Assembly (NCBI GenBank): GCA_964036045.1
Contig: OZ038378.1
Coordinates: forward strand, 172,732,001 to 172,796,000
From: Eutreptiella sp. 'Long Island Sound 2002'
Taxonomy: Eukaryota; Protista; Euglenida
Direction of reading: 5' to 3'
Length of the DNA stretch: 64,000 bases
Below, one piece after another: positions 38,101 to 50,100 of the stretch. Position 1 is the first letter of the stretch, and every line of letters begins with the position of its first letter. The translations under genes and the position numbers were made by a program. The notes below the pieces were generated by a model. That model was not told the DNA's origin, ran no database searches, and saw only the letters and a list, made by a program, of their open reading frames with translations.

Positions 38101-41100
38101 TAACGCCGGGACTGCTGTGACTGGTGACCCGTGGGATGAAGCAAGTCCAGCTTGGCTCGCCGAATGCCCGATGAGGGCACCGTAACGCCGGGACCGCTGT
38201 GAGAAAACGCACAGTCAACACATACCCTGCCCTACCCCAACAACCACACCCTCAGGTCCCTAAACCTGCCACATGTCATTCTCCCCCCCCCCCCCCCCCC
38301 TTGTGTTTACCCACCCGCTGGCGGTGATCAGCCCTAACTGGCACGTGGAACGCCCTATGAGACGTCCTATCGCCTTCAGGCCCACCTGCTCGCAGGTTCT
38401 CGCGGTACCGGTATGTTCCAACGTTTGTACACCCCTTCCACCTGGGTACGCGTGGCTGTTACGCCCATGTCCCTTGGTTTGGCACGCCATTCTCAAAGGC
38501 GACAGGGCGCTGCCGAGCGGTGTTGGTCCCGCAGACAGTGTTCTACTGCAGGGCAGGGTGGCTGATGTGCGACCAAGCACAGGTTGGGTTTGGCGGAGGG
38601 GGTTGGGTCGGTGCGCAGTCGAGTAACGGCCACCGAAAGTTAGGCTGCACCCGCAAACGGTTGAGTAACGAGCAATGTCCACCAAAAGTTAGGCTGCACC
38701 TTTGAGCAGCCGAGGGGTGTGTGTCACGGGAGCTGCTGAAAAGTATTGGGGGGGAGGGTCAAATGACAGAGACCGTTATTTTGCGTTGGTGCCGAAGGCG
38801 CCGGAAGTACAATTTGGCCCACGAGGTCTCCCACAACAACGTCCGTAATGAATGCATGCCCATCACACGTTGCTACGATGACAGAATGTTATCCCGAGGG
38901 TATGTGCATTCATGCCTGCCACCAACCTGGAACCCAAACCCCACCTTAAGGATTGAACACCAAGCTGGTGGGACATCGATGGATCATGCACAATCATCAT
39001 TCAACAAATACTGGTACATTATGCAAACCAACTCCTCACCGGGGTGCGCCTCCCTTTGACCCTTTTCAACAAAGTAATGCCAAGGCTGTGCCCATCAACC
39101 CCTGCAAGCACATAAGACTACGGATCGGAGGCCAAAAGCATCAAGCCACCAAAAGAAGAAAATCCTACCCCCACCTCAGTTTCCTCTTTAGGGGATCACT
39201 TGTTCAGGGGTGCCACAGGGACCGGGGTCCGGGAAGGGGGGTTGGGGCAGCACAGGCACAGCAAAGCAGCCCCCCATAAGTGGTGGAGAGTGCCCTCCAA
39301 ATTTCACAATCTGGTAGTGACTGAATGTGAAGCACTTTCAGGAGTGTGGACTCCACAGCAGCAGTATGCTGCAGTGCTGTACACTCCACTCTCAACCACA
39401 AAACTGCATCCCGTCCCGGTTGAACTATATGGTACCCTACGAGCCTTCTTGCCCCCCCTCACAACCTCGAGGCACGCCTCCGCAAAATACAGCTGAGTGC
39501 ATTGAACTGGTACCAACGGGCAACCTACTCCATCCTTATGTCCCCCCAGTGTGTGTGCTGCCAGTCCATTACAACTTCGTCACCGCAGATGGACTTCGAG
39601 GGAACAAAGATTGTGTACTTCAACACTGTGTTCCTGCATTTCCTTGAGTACCTCAGCTCCGAAATCATTCTGCGGTTGTCGGACCTGCTGTACCGCCCAC
39701 TATTTGTGTCGGAGGTGGAAACCCTCGCCATGAAGAAGGTATGGAGGGCGCATTGAGATGTGCTGATGTCCTACTCGACAGAGGGAAGGAAGTAACGAAG
39801 GAAGGGAGCGGGTGGGATTGGGGCTCACCTTGACATGTCCTGGAGCGCGTGCAGCAACCTGCACTGTAAACGCTGTCCTGCGGTTGTTGAACCGACAGGA
39901 CCCTGATTTCGAATCTCGACTCAGGCCGTCCTCATGGGCGGCCCTCAAATCCCTTGGCTGAACCAGAAGAAGCGCATGAGCGGAAGCAGGCCTGGTACGC
40001 TGCATTTTGGATTTCAAGCGCTGCAGGCCACCTCTGACCCTGGGAGAGGTGACTGGGAGAGGCGACGCACACACAGATCATTAGTCCCGGTGATGATTGG
40101 TTCCAGTGATCATCATCCCTCGTATCAGTAATCATGAGATGGGGCGAATTGGGTCACAAAAGCGCTGGTCAAACCGCTCACGGCGAAGGGGTCGGCAGTC
40201 GTTTGCCCCCAGTTTTTTTCCCCCGCTTGTTCCCCTGTTGTCCCACCAAAAGCCCCCAAAACTCTGCCCTCACCCCTCCACTTCCTGAGCTGGCCTGCAA
40301 CCCCTCCTCCTCCCGGCACAGGCGTGTCCCCTGCCTGCGAGTCCACAGGTAACTGTCTTTCGCTTACTCCAGGTCCTCGTAGAAAGGCCCTCGTACTGCC
40401 TCGGCACGTCCATCCACATCAATCTCAACCACCCGGTGCTGTTAATGCCCAGCAGCAGGACCTCTCCAGACTACCTTCATCTGACGCTGGGCACCGTCAC
40501 CATCTCTCAACACCTGGTCACCTGCGAGTATGACCTCACCGGCTTCCTCATGCATTTGATGGACCGTACGAAGGATGCCCGCGGTCACCATCAGGCTCTC
40601 TCCCTTGTCCCTAGACCAGGGCAGTCGTTAAGATCAGGATGCTTTCTTTTTCTTTTTCTGAAATAAGAAAGGCAGCCTCGGGTCTGAGGAGGCAGCGCTG
40701 CGGTAAACGAGCGTTTCACAGAAACTGCGTGCCTCGTTACACGGCACACCACCCGGGGCGCGCGCCTCATGTGCCTCAATCCCCCCCCCCCCCCCCGTGC
40801 GCCTCGTCTGCGCCATGGGGGGTCTTTTGGCATCTACAACATGCCGACAGTGTCTACAATCAACGGACCGTGTCTACTTGGGGCAGACAGTGTCTACAGA
40901 CTGCAGGGGGGGGGGGGGGGGGCTTGGCGCAGACGAAGCGCACAGGCGGGGGGGGGGGGTGGCGTAGGGGGGTTTTGGTGCACCCAAGGCACGCGGGGCC
41001 CCGCGCCTTGTGCCAAACCCCCCTTGCACCTTGTGCGTGCCTCGTGTAACGGGGCGCACAGATTTGTTGGAACTATGTTTTTTAAAGTTCAGGACAGGCG

Positions 41101-44100
41101 CCTTCAGCATCTGCATGCCCTTGCACCTCCTGTCCCATCCCTTATACAAAAACTCATTCCCCTGCCCATCGCCACTCCTTGCGATTTGTGGTGGCTGGAC
41201 TTGTCGTGCACGGATTGCCTGTCTGCAGATTCCGGCATCAACGGTCCGAAGGAAGACGTCCAAATCACACTTAGGACAGCGATAGGTGCAATGGATCTTG
41301 TATGTGGACGCAGCTTAATGAGCCAACTATCTGCAAAGATTAGTGTAGAACAGGATCTTCGCAAACCCCCCCCCCCCCATCCCTGAACGTGAAGCATGCC
41401 AGCGCCGACACAGAGGGACGGAAGTAGCATTTGTGAGCAGAGGGACAACTGTCCCAGTCTCTTTTCTAGAAATGCTTTTCTCTTTTTGCTTGGGACAAGC
41501 AATGCAGACCAACCAGTGCGTACACCCGGCAGTAACAATTGGCACGCTTACTCAGCCTCTATGGCAACCCCCCCTGCCTACTACATCCCCCCCCCCCCCC
41601 CCCGGGCGGCGATTCCCGGCCTCTCGTGCCGCTGTATCCCCCAAGGAGCCAGGTAAAGAACGGCAAACCTCAACTGTTCTGTGGACGAGGTGACAGTGAT
41701 TAATTTGGCTCAACAGCTTTTGTTTGTTTGTGAGTTCAGGTTCCCACAGATGCCTAGGTCAATGTGATGCTGTTCATTCGTCTTCTTCACGCAAAAAAAA
41801 GGCTTGCTTTGTGAATGAAAACCCAATGTTTCATAAGATTGACTACTGTGGGAAAGGTGACGAACATTGGGCTTAACAGGAATTGAACGGCCCCCATCAC
41901 CCTCAGACCCCTCTGGCCTCTACTCAGCGTCATCGCCTGCTTGATCGAGGTTTGGCGTGCGCCGACCCCCACCATCGCTCCTCCAGGCCATGATGCAAGA
42001 TGTGGGACCTGTACAGCACCTCGAGCAGGACCAGTTCACGCCTCAGCTGCGGGCGCAGCTGCACAACGTGTACCAGATCCAGGCCCCCGGGACTCAGATC
42101 TGGGGGGTCACCGGTGGGACAACAGCAGTGATGTGCAAACAGTGGGACATCAACACCGCCATCCGCATTTCTGTGGAGAACACTGTGATGTGGCAGTGCT
42201 CATCCATCGGGTTTGAGGCGCTTGAGGTGTGTCTCAGGGATCTTGCTGTGTGATGTGGACCACAGCACCCGACCCCAGCCTCTCCGTACCATTGCGCACC
42301 CCCCCCCCCCCCCTCTCCTCTCCATCACTAGAGGCTGGCACCCGTTGAGTGCTGCCAGGTGCGTGTCAAGTGCGGCCCGTTGCATGTTGAGTGCCGTCCG
42401 GAGGTGTCAGGACCCGCTCCCGCTGTGGATGTGGAGTCCATGAGCACAAAGGAGTGCTTCTGGGTGCCGCGACGGCGTTGCACAATCCATGGGGATGGTG
42501 CTCCATGCTGCGTCCCGGAGCAGCGTCCACCCCCGAGGATATGATGAAGTTTGACTGATTCAACTGAGCTGTGCAGGGTGCCATTGCGAAGGAGTGATTG
42601 TAAATATTGTAGAGGCTGTTGGCCACAGGCCTGTGGTCACATTCTGGTCCTGCAGCTCTTCAAGTGCAATAGCCAACCCTCAAACGTGCATTGCAAGTGG
42701 ACACGAGAGTTTCAGGGGTAACAATCAGTGCAGCGCCGAAGATCCGCCCACTTGACAACTGTCACCAGCTGCGTCCTGCTGTTCTTTGATAACACCCCAC
42801 ACAGTGTTGTATACAACCTTTACTGTTTGCTGGAAAGAAACAACACCTGCAGTAACCAGATTGAAATCCTGCCCCGCCCTCCCTTTTTGTCACCCATTTG
42901 CCTTTTCCTGGAAGAATGAACAGCCACGCTCGGGCATCAACAACGCATAAGTCGGACCTCCCAACGAGATCCGTTTTGCGGTTGTACACAGTGGTGGCAT
43001 GTCCGGGCTGCAGGTTTCCAGTGCATTTCTTACATACAAACTTTGGGCTGCAGTTGTTTCCGAGGCCAACCATCAGATGGCAACAGCAGCGCCTCTGCCA
43101 CGCCTTCTCTTTACTCTGTGTGACAGCCGGCCCACAGCCTCCCCTTGCACTCCAGGTCCACCTCAACCCAAATCTGTATGGACTGGTTTGGGCGACGGCG
43201 TACCAGAATCTGCTCGCAGAGTACCAACCCATTGGACGCTCTGAGATTGTGATCCTGTCCGAGTCTGAGCTGAAGACTCGCACCGCTGCTTTGACTGCAA
43301 ACCACATCAGCAGCGATGTGAACAAGCACGGCGCCAGCATGGACACTACTGGGGACGCCCACAAGGACAGCACCAAGAACGTTAGCAACAACAATCACAA
43401 CGACAACAATATTTGCAGCGGCAACAAACACACTACCAGCACCAGCAGCCTCCTTGATGCTTATCGGAATGCGTTGAAACCCTGGGTTTGTCCTCCATGG
43501 CTCCTATCCAACGTAGAGTTACAATCCCGCCTCGCTTTGATGGGTGTATCGGTATGACGTCTCCATGCCTTGTCCTCTCACAAACACTTGCACAGCGTTT
43601 TCTGCACTGTCCCCCTCAAACCCGACCGTGCCTCAGCCTCCTCCAACACACTTTTTTTGTGTGTTTGAGTATTTGCGTGCGATTTTTTTTGGTGCTTGCG
43701 TCGCTTAATCGTTCGGCTGACATTCTTCTGTGCCCTGTCTCGGGTGCGCACCAGGGGCAAGCACCCAGAAATGTGAGTGTTAACAGTGATCGAAAGCTGC
43801 TTTCGGCAGTCACCCAAGAAGGTCCCAATTTGACAGACCGTTAGGATTGCGACAGACACTCTGCTGTGGAGGAAAGGAGCGATTTCCTGTATGCCATGTC
43901 ATGTACGGAAATTTTGGACCGTAAATTGTGCGGCATAACAATATCGATAAATTATATGTCCTGGTTACCGAGCTGGGTTTACCCTGTCGAGGTTTTACAC
44001 CACCTTTTAGGGGCCAAGGGTGAGCTACACGTTTTAGCAGCAACAGCAGCAAGCAGCAGCAGCAAGCAAGCAGGCGCCCCAAAAGTCCTTGCGACCACAC

Positions 44101-47100
44101 CGTGGCTCAAAACCGGCATCCAAGTAGCTCAAAACGACCGGGGAGCTAAGGCGCATCACCACAAACAAGTTTCGTTGCGTTTCGAGCCGTCTAGCCGGTT
44201 CTACGGCCCATTTGGTGTCCAAAAATGGCCGTTTTTGGGCTGTTTTCGGCCGTTTTCAGGACGATCGGCCTGAAAGTTCAGGACGATCGCCGCTACGTCA
44301 AGCTGGTGTTTCCGATGAGGGCCGTTGTTCGTTCATGACGATTGGGCTATCAAAGGATGGCAAATGGGTGTTCAATAAGGCATGTACCACGCCGTGGTGC
44401 CACGCGGGGGTCCATTTTGAGGTAAAAAGGAGCCAATTTTGAGCCGTGTTTCAGGACAATCGTCGTAACCATGGAGGCACATCTCTAAAGCAAGCGGTGT
44501 TTCCTCAACGGTGATTTCCCATGTGTTACGCAAGACTAGGACCCAGCTCGGTCCTAGTTCGAGTCTTGATTACCGAGCTGGGTTTACCCTGTCGAGGTTT
44601 TACACCACCTTTTAGGGGCCAAGGCTGAGCAACACGTTTTAGCAGCAACAGCAGCAAGCAAGCAGGCGCCCCAAAAGTCCTTGAGACCACACCGTGGCTC
44701 AAAACCGGCATCCAAGTAGCTCAAAACGACCGGGGAGCTAAGGCGCATCACCACAAACAAGTTTCGTTGCGTTTCGAGCCGTCTAGCCGGTTCTACGGCC
44801 CATTTAGTGTCCAAAAATGGCCGTTTTTGGGCTGTTTTCGGCCGTTTTCAGGACGATCGGCCTGAAAGTTCAGGACGATCGCCGCTACGCCAAGCTGGTG
44901 TTTCCGATGAGGGCCGTTGCTCTTCCATGGCGATTGGGCTATCAAAGGATGGCAAATGGGTGTTCAATAAGGCGTGTACCACGCCGTGGTGCCACGCGGG
45001 GGTCCATTTTGAGGTGAAAACAAGCCGTTTTTGAGCCGTGTTTCAGGACCATCGTCCCGACCGTGGAGGCACATCTCGAAAGCAAGCAGTCTTTCCTCAA
45101 CGGTGATCTCCAATGCGTTACGCAAGACTAGGACCCAGCTCAGTCCTAGTTTGAGTCTTGATTACCGAGCTGGGTTTACCCTGTCGAGGTTTTACACCAC
45201 CTTTTAGGGGCCAAGGGTGAGCTACACGTTTTAGCAGCAAGCAGCAGCAGCAAGCAAGCAGGCGCTTAAAAAGTCCTTGCGACCACACCGCGGCTCAAAA
45301 CCGGCATCCAAGTAGCTCAAAACGACCGGGGAGCCAAGGCGCATCACCACAAACAAGTTTCGTTGCGTTTCGAGCCGTCTAGCCTGTTCTACGGCCGATT
45401 TAGTGTCCAAAAAAGGCCGTTTTTGGGCTGTTTTCGGCCGTTTTCAGGACGATCGGCCTGAAAGTTCAGCTGAAAGTTTAGGACGATCGCCGCTACGCCA
45501 AGCAGGTGTTTCCGATGAGGGCCGTTGTTCTTTCATGGCGATTGGGCCATCAAAGGATGGCAAATGGGTGTTCAATAAGGCGTGTACCACGCCGTGGTGC
45601 CACGCGGGGGTCCATTTTGAGGTGAAAACGAGCCGTTTTTGAGCCGTGTTTCAGGACAATCGCCGTAAGCATGGAGGTACATCTGCAAAGCAAGCGGTCT
45701 TTCTTCAACGGTGATTTCCAATGCGTTACGCAACACTAGGACCCAGCTCGGTCCTAGTTTGAGTCTTGATTACCGAGCTGGGTTTACCCTGTCGAGGTTT
45801 TACACCACCTTTTAGGGGCCAAGGGTGAGCAACACGTTTTAGCAGCAGCAAGCAGCAGCAGCAAGCAGCAGCAAGCAGAAGGTCCAAAAGTCCTTGAGAC
45901 CACATCGTGGGTCAAAACCGGCATCCAAGTAGCTCAAAACGACCGGGGAGCGAATGCGCATCACCACAAACAAGTTTCGTTGCGTTTTGAGCCGTCTAGC
46001 CTGTTCTACGGCCGATTTAGTGTCCAAAAATGGCCATTTTTGGGCTGTTTTCAGGACGATCGTCCTGAAAACTCAGGACGATCGCTGGTGTGTGACGTGG
46101 GCGTTTGCAATGAGGGCCGTTGTTCTTCCATGGCGATTGGGCTATCAAATGATGGCAAATGGGTGTTCAATAAGGCGTGCACCCTGCCGTGGTGCCACAC
46201 GCTGGTCCATTTCGAGGTGAAAATGAGCCGTTTTTGAGCCGTGTTTCAGGACGATAGTCCTGACCATGGAAGCATATCTCTAAAGCAAGCGGTCTTTCTT
46301 CAACGGTGATCTCCAATGCGTTACGCAAGACTAGGACCCAGCTCGGTCCTAGTTCGAGTCTTGATAAACTGGGAAGATTACGGTGATGAGCATGGGAGCC
46401 TGCCGAAACTTTTCTCCCAGGTTACAGCCTCCCATGCGTCCAGCAAATTACTGCCAAAAGCAACTTTCACTGAACAGAACTGGGTCTGGGTAATGGGCCA
46501 GAGGACTGTCTGAGGGGGTGGGTGGTGTGCGGTGACATGTAGGTGCACGTGCGGCGCCTGGCAGCGGCAGTTGCTGCGTTACTGAGGCAACTATCAAGAG
46601 TGGTGGTCTATCTATGGAGTCAATCTGTTGTCTTCGGTGGCGGGAAAATGGAAAGATTCCCGCCCCCTTTAGGAATATAGGAAGATGGCACAACCTGAAA
46701 TAAACAACAGGATCTACATACTGTGGGATGTAGTTCTCGAAGAGGGGAGGATACTCATCGTTGTTGAAATATGAGTCGGGTGCGATATGCTGACAGCCGG
46801 TGAGTGGGGGCGCCGGCCGTCATCCCCGCTGCTGGTGGGGCGACAAGAGGCGTTCTTGTTGGCCTACATGCCCCGCCCAACACACGGGGGGATGCTGGTG
46901 CAGCTGCACGCCCATCACGCACAGACCATGCCCGCCGCTCAAAGGCAAGGGTGTTGGTGCAGCACAAAACACAGGTGTGTGTGTGCAGGAACAGGGTACA
47001 GGACTGTGTGAGTACTGGCATGCGCGAGTGTGCAAGGGGACAAGCACCACCGGCCGCAGCATGCCGCAGCACTAGATTTTAGCAGCCGCCGGTGGGGGTT

Positions 47101-50100
47101 TTGAAGCATGCCGCAGCATGTGCAGCGGCCTATTTTTTCCAGGTGGCCCCATACAGCTACACATGTCTCCTGTTGTCCCTCAGATTTTCGTCTTTTTTTG
47201 TGTCATTTCCCCATTTATTTGATGTTCACTCCTCCGGATACTCCCACTACTGAGGGGTCACAGAAACCTATGAGGAACAAGGAGACGACCAGCAGTACTG
47301 CGGATTGTTCACAGTGGGCAATTGGGGAAGGTCTTGGGGAGCACCTTTGCTTGACAGACAGCCAGGGTAAGTCACAGAATGGGAAAGTGCATTGCACTCT
47401 TTGTGCTGTGTGGTTGTCTTTGAAAGGAGCCATCTGTAAGGGAAAAATGTAAAGCAAGCGGACGGCACATATGCACAGGATTCACATGCCGGTAAAGCTG
47501 TTGCACAATCTGTACCAAGGCAGGCACCGGAACAACTGCCTCTTTTTATTGTCAACATTCTTGCCTCACAACCAGAACTTTCACCACCTCCGGAAAAAAA
47601 GGCAGCATCAAGTGCAGAGTGCCTCTGGTTAAAGGTGCTGCACTGCAAGAGTTTCAGACGGACATTACCCAGACCTTTTCGTCTACAAATACTCTTTGGA
47701 AAAGTTGGGGCACGTGGCGATGAGGGAGTTTTTGCCAAGTACTTGGCGCAATACCTGATGGTGCATCCCAACAATTACCGGGGGTCTTGGTTGCCCAAGG
47801 TGGGTGGCGAACGACAGGCGGATATTGAGTGGATTTTTCGGAAACGGGAACATTTTATTATGATTTTTGCTGATGGATCTTGATGGATCTGGTTATCCGT
47901 GCCCAACTGAGTAGTGCCAATTGGCGATCAATGTGCTTTTGCCGCCCAAATTTTCAAGCCGGAAAGTGCAGCAGAGTCGGCGTTCCATCTGGACTTGAAA
48001 TTTCCAGACGAGGCGAGGTGAACGCTGTGATTGTCAGTGATGCCATTGACGCCGTGTTGAGGGATTTTCATGTGGAAATTGATTCTGCTGTGTTGATCTT
48101 TGGGTGTCAGGAAATGCATTTCACTGTGTTCAGGTCCGGTTTTGCCACCTTTGCGCCTTTTGGAAACTGATGGTACCACCCACCAATGGTTTGAAGCATG
48201 CCGCAGCGAGCCAAATTTTTCTTTGGGACTGTTGGTGCTTGCAAGCGGAATGGGGCACCACAGTAGGTCAGAGGCCAGGGTCGGGGGTAACGGAGCTTCA
48301 CAGGAGCACTGTGCGCTACCAACCACGTGCCAGTGGAGCCCCCGTCCCACTGATGCTTTGCATATCTTTTGACTCTTGCTGTAGGTCGACAGTGCAATGC
48401 AGCGCGCGCAGTTGCTGACCGCATATTCGGTCACATTTGGCGAGTGGCTCAAGGCTGCACGAGACGTGCCTGACAAAGTGGAACAGAGCTGCTGCCAGTA
48501 CGTGCAGTCGGTGGATTTGACGTGCAGTGGTCTGACGCTGCACGCAGAGGTGGATGGGACTGACTTGTGCTCCCTCGTCTTCCGAGATTTCTCTCTGTCT
48601 TTTGTCCTCACGGACATGTGCAGGTCTGCGTCTGTTCCGGCCTATATCATTGCGTCTGTGTGTGTGTTGGGGGTGTCTGCACTGGCTTGGGTGCAACTAG
48701 CGTTGTCCAGAGACTACCGCAGGATGAGGGTGATGACTCCATATTGCATACCCAGTCAACTCTTCGCCAGAACGAAAGACGTCTAGGGCTGCTCCGTGGT
48801 TCAGAAGGAGTTTTCTCCAACCGCTTTTCATTTGCTTTTGTTCTTGTTCCAAAATGCGTGTGTGCATGCGTGTGCACACCTGTGTGCGTGCGGATGCTTT
48901 GTGCGACTTCTGTGACCGGTAGTCAGGCCCCCACAGCCGGTCTTCATTCTCTATCGAAGAGGGTCTTCATTCTCTGGGCTCCGTCGAGCTCGTGCTGAAG
49001 AGGTGTGGGCAGCCCCCTCCCCAACCTAGGGGGCACCCCGATACCCAAGGTGGCTGGGGGAGGTCAATGGTGGGGTGGCCCCCCTTCCTAGACAAGGGGG
49101 TCCCCGGATACCCACTTGTTGGTGTGGTGCCTGGGGATGGTTGGGGGTTTGGTGGGGTGGCCCCCACTAGACTGAGAGGCAGGTGTAGACATGGCGCCCC
49201 ATGGCTTCCGGGACAGGAGGGCATGTGCGGGCGAGGAGCGCCCCTTGCCTGCGGATGGGTGAACAATTGAGTAGATCTTGCTCTTCATTGCCGTTGAAGA
49301 AAGCTTGAATGATCTCGAATGATCCGAAGCTAGGCAGAACGGCAGCCGGCAGCAGACAGCCCGCGCGAGAAGTGTGCTGCCAAAGGAAAGGCCAAACGGA
49401 GAAGAGCAAGAGCGGCACAAGTGGCAGGACCGACTTGAGCCAACCGATAGACCAGGGGACATTTTAGGGGCCCAAACAATTCGGAGCAGACGGAATGTGG
49501 TATGGTGGGACATCAAGAAGGCCTAGACGCGGCCTAGAAGATCGCAGGCCCAAACATTTTGCTGGTCCCGTGAAATGACAGAGGCCAATGCGGGGGGTTG
49601 CCGGGCCCAGTCTGTTTAACCCCTCTTCTCTCTCAGTCTGGAATTGCCCGGTGGCGACCAAAGCCCTCAAGATCAGGGCGCCAAAGGAACTGAAAGTTTG
49701 GGGAGGGGGCTCGATTGCCGAACCTCCCACCCACAGTTTTCACCAACATGTGTTTCTCAAAATCGTCAGTGCGACACGGTGATCACCTCCCTCCCTCCAT
49801 TCGTTTCGACCGACAGAGTTTGTGCGTGGGTCGCAGTGGAACTGGCTCGCACTCGCCCCCCTCCATCCCCCCCTCTCACCAGGGCCAGTGCCCGTTTGTC
49901 AGACCCTCCTCAGGCCACAGGCTGGACCCGAATGTTGTCCCCGTTTACCTCCCTCCTTCCCTCCGCCTGCAGATTCCTGGTCATGCAGCAGCGCAGCATC
50001 GGTGTGCACTACATCAATGACGACAAGGCCCGGGAGGAGCTGCTGCGAACCGAGACCTACCGCCCGGGCCAGGGGTCCTTCCGCGGCCTTACCCGCGGTC

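Noticed and set aside
37895-38200. CRISPR-like repeat-spacer appearance
   Set aside because: The spacers are mutually homologous, the repeat is ~48 bp, the context is a eukaryotic intron and there are no cas genes; it is a minisatellite.
42541-42570. C/D-box snoRNA (ATGATGA...CTGA)
   Set aside because: The boxes are under 30 nt apart with no terminal stem; too short.
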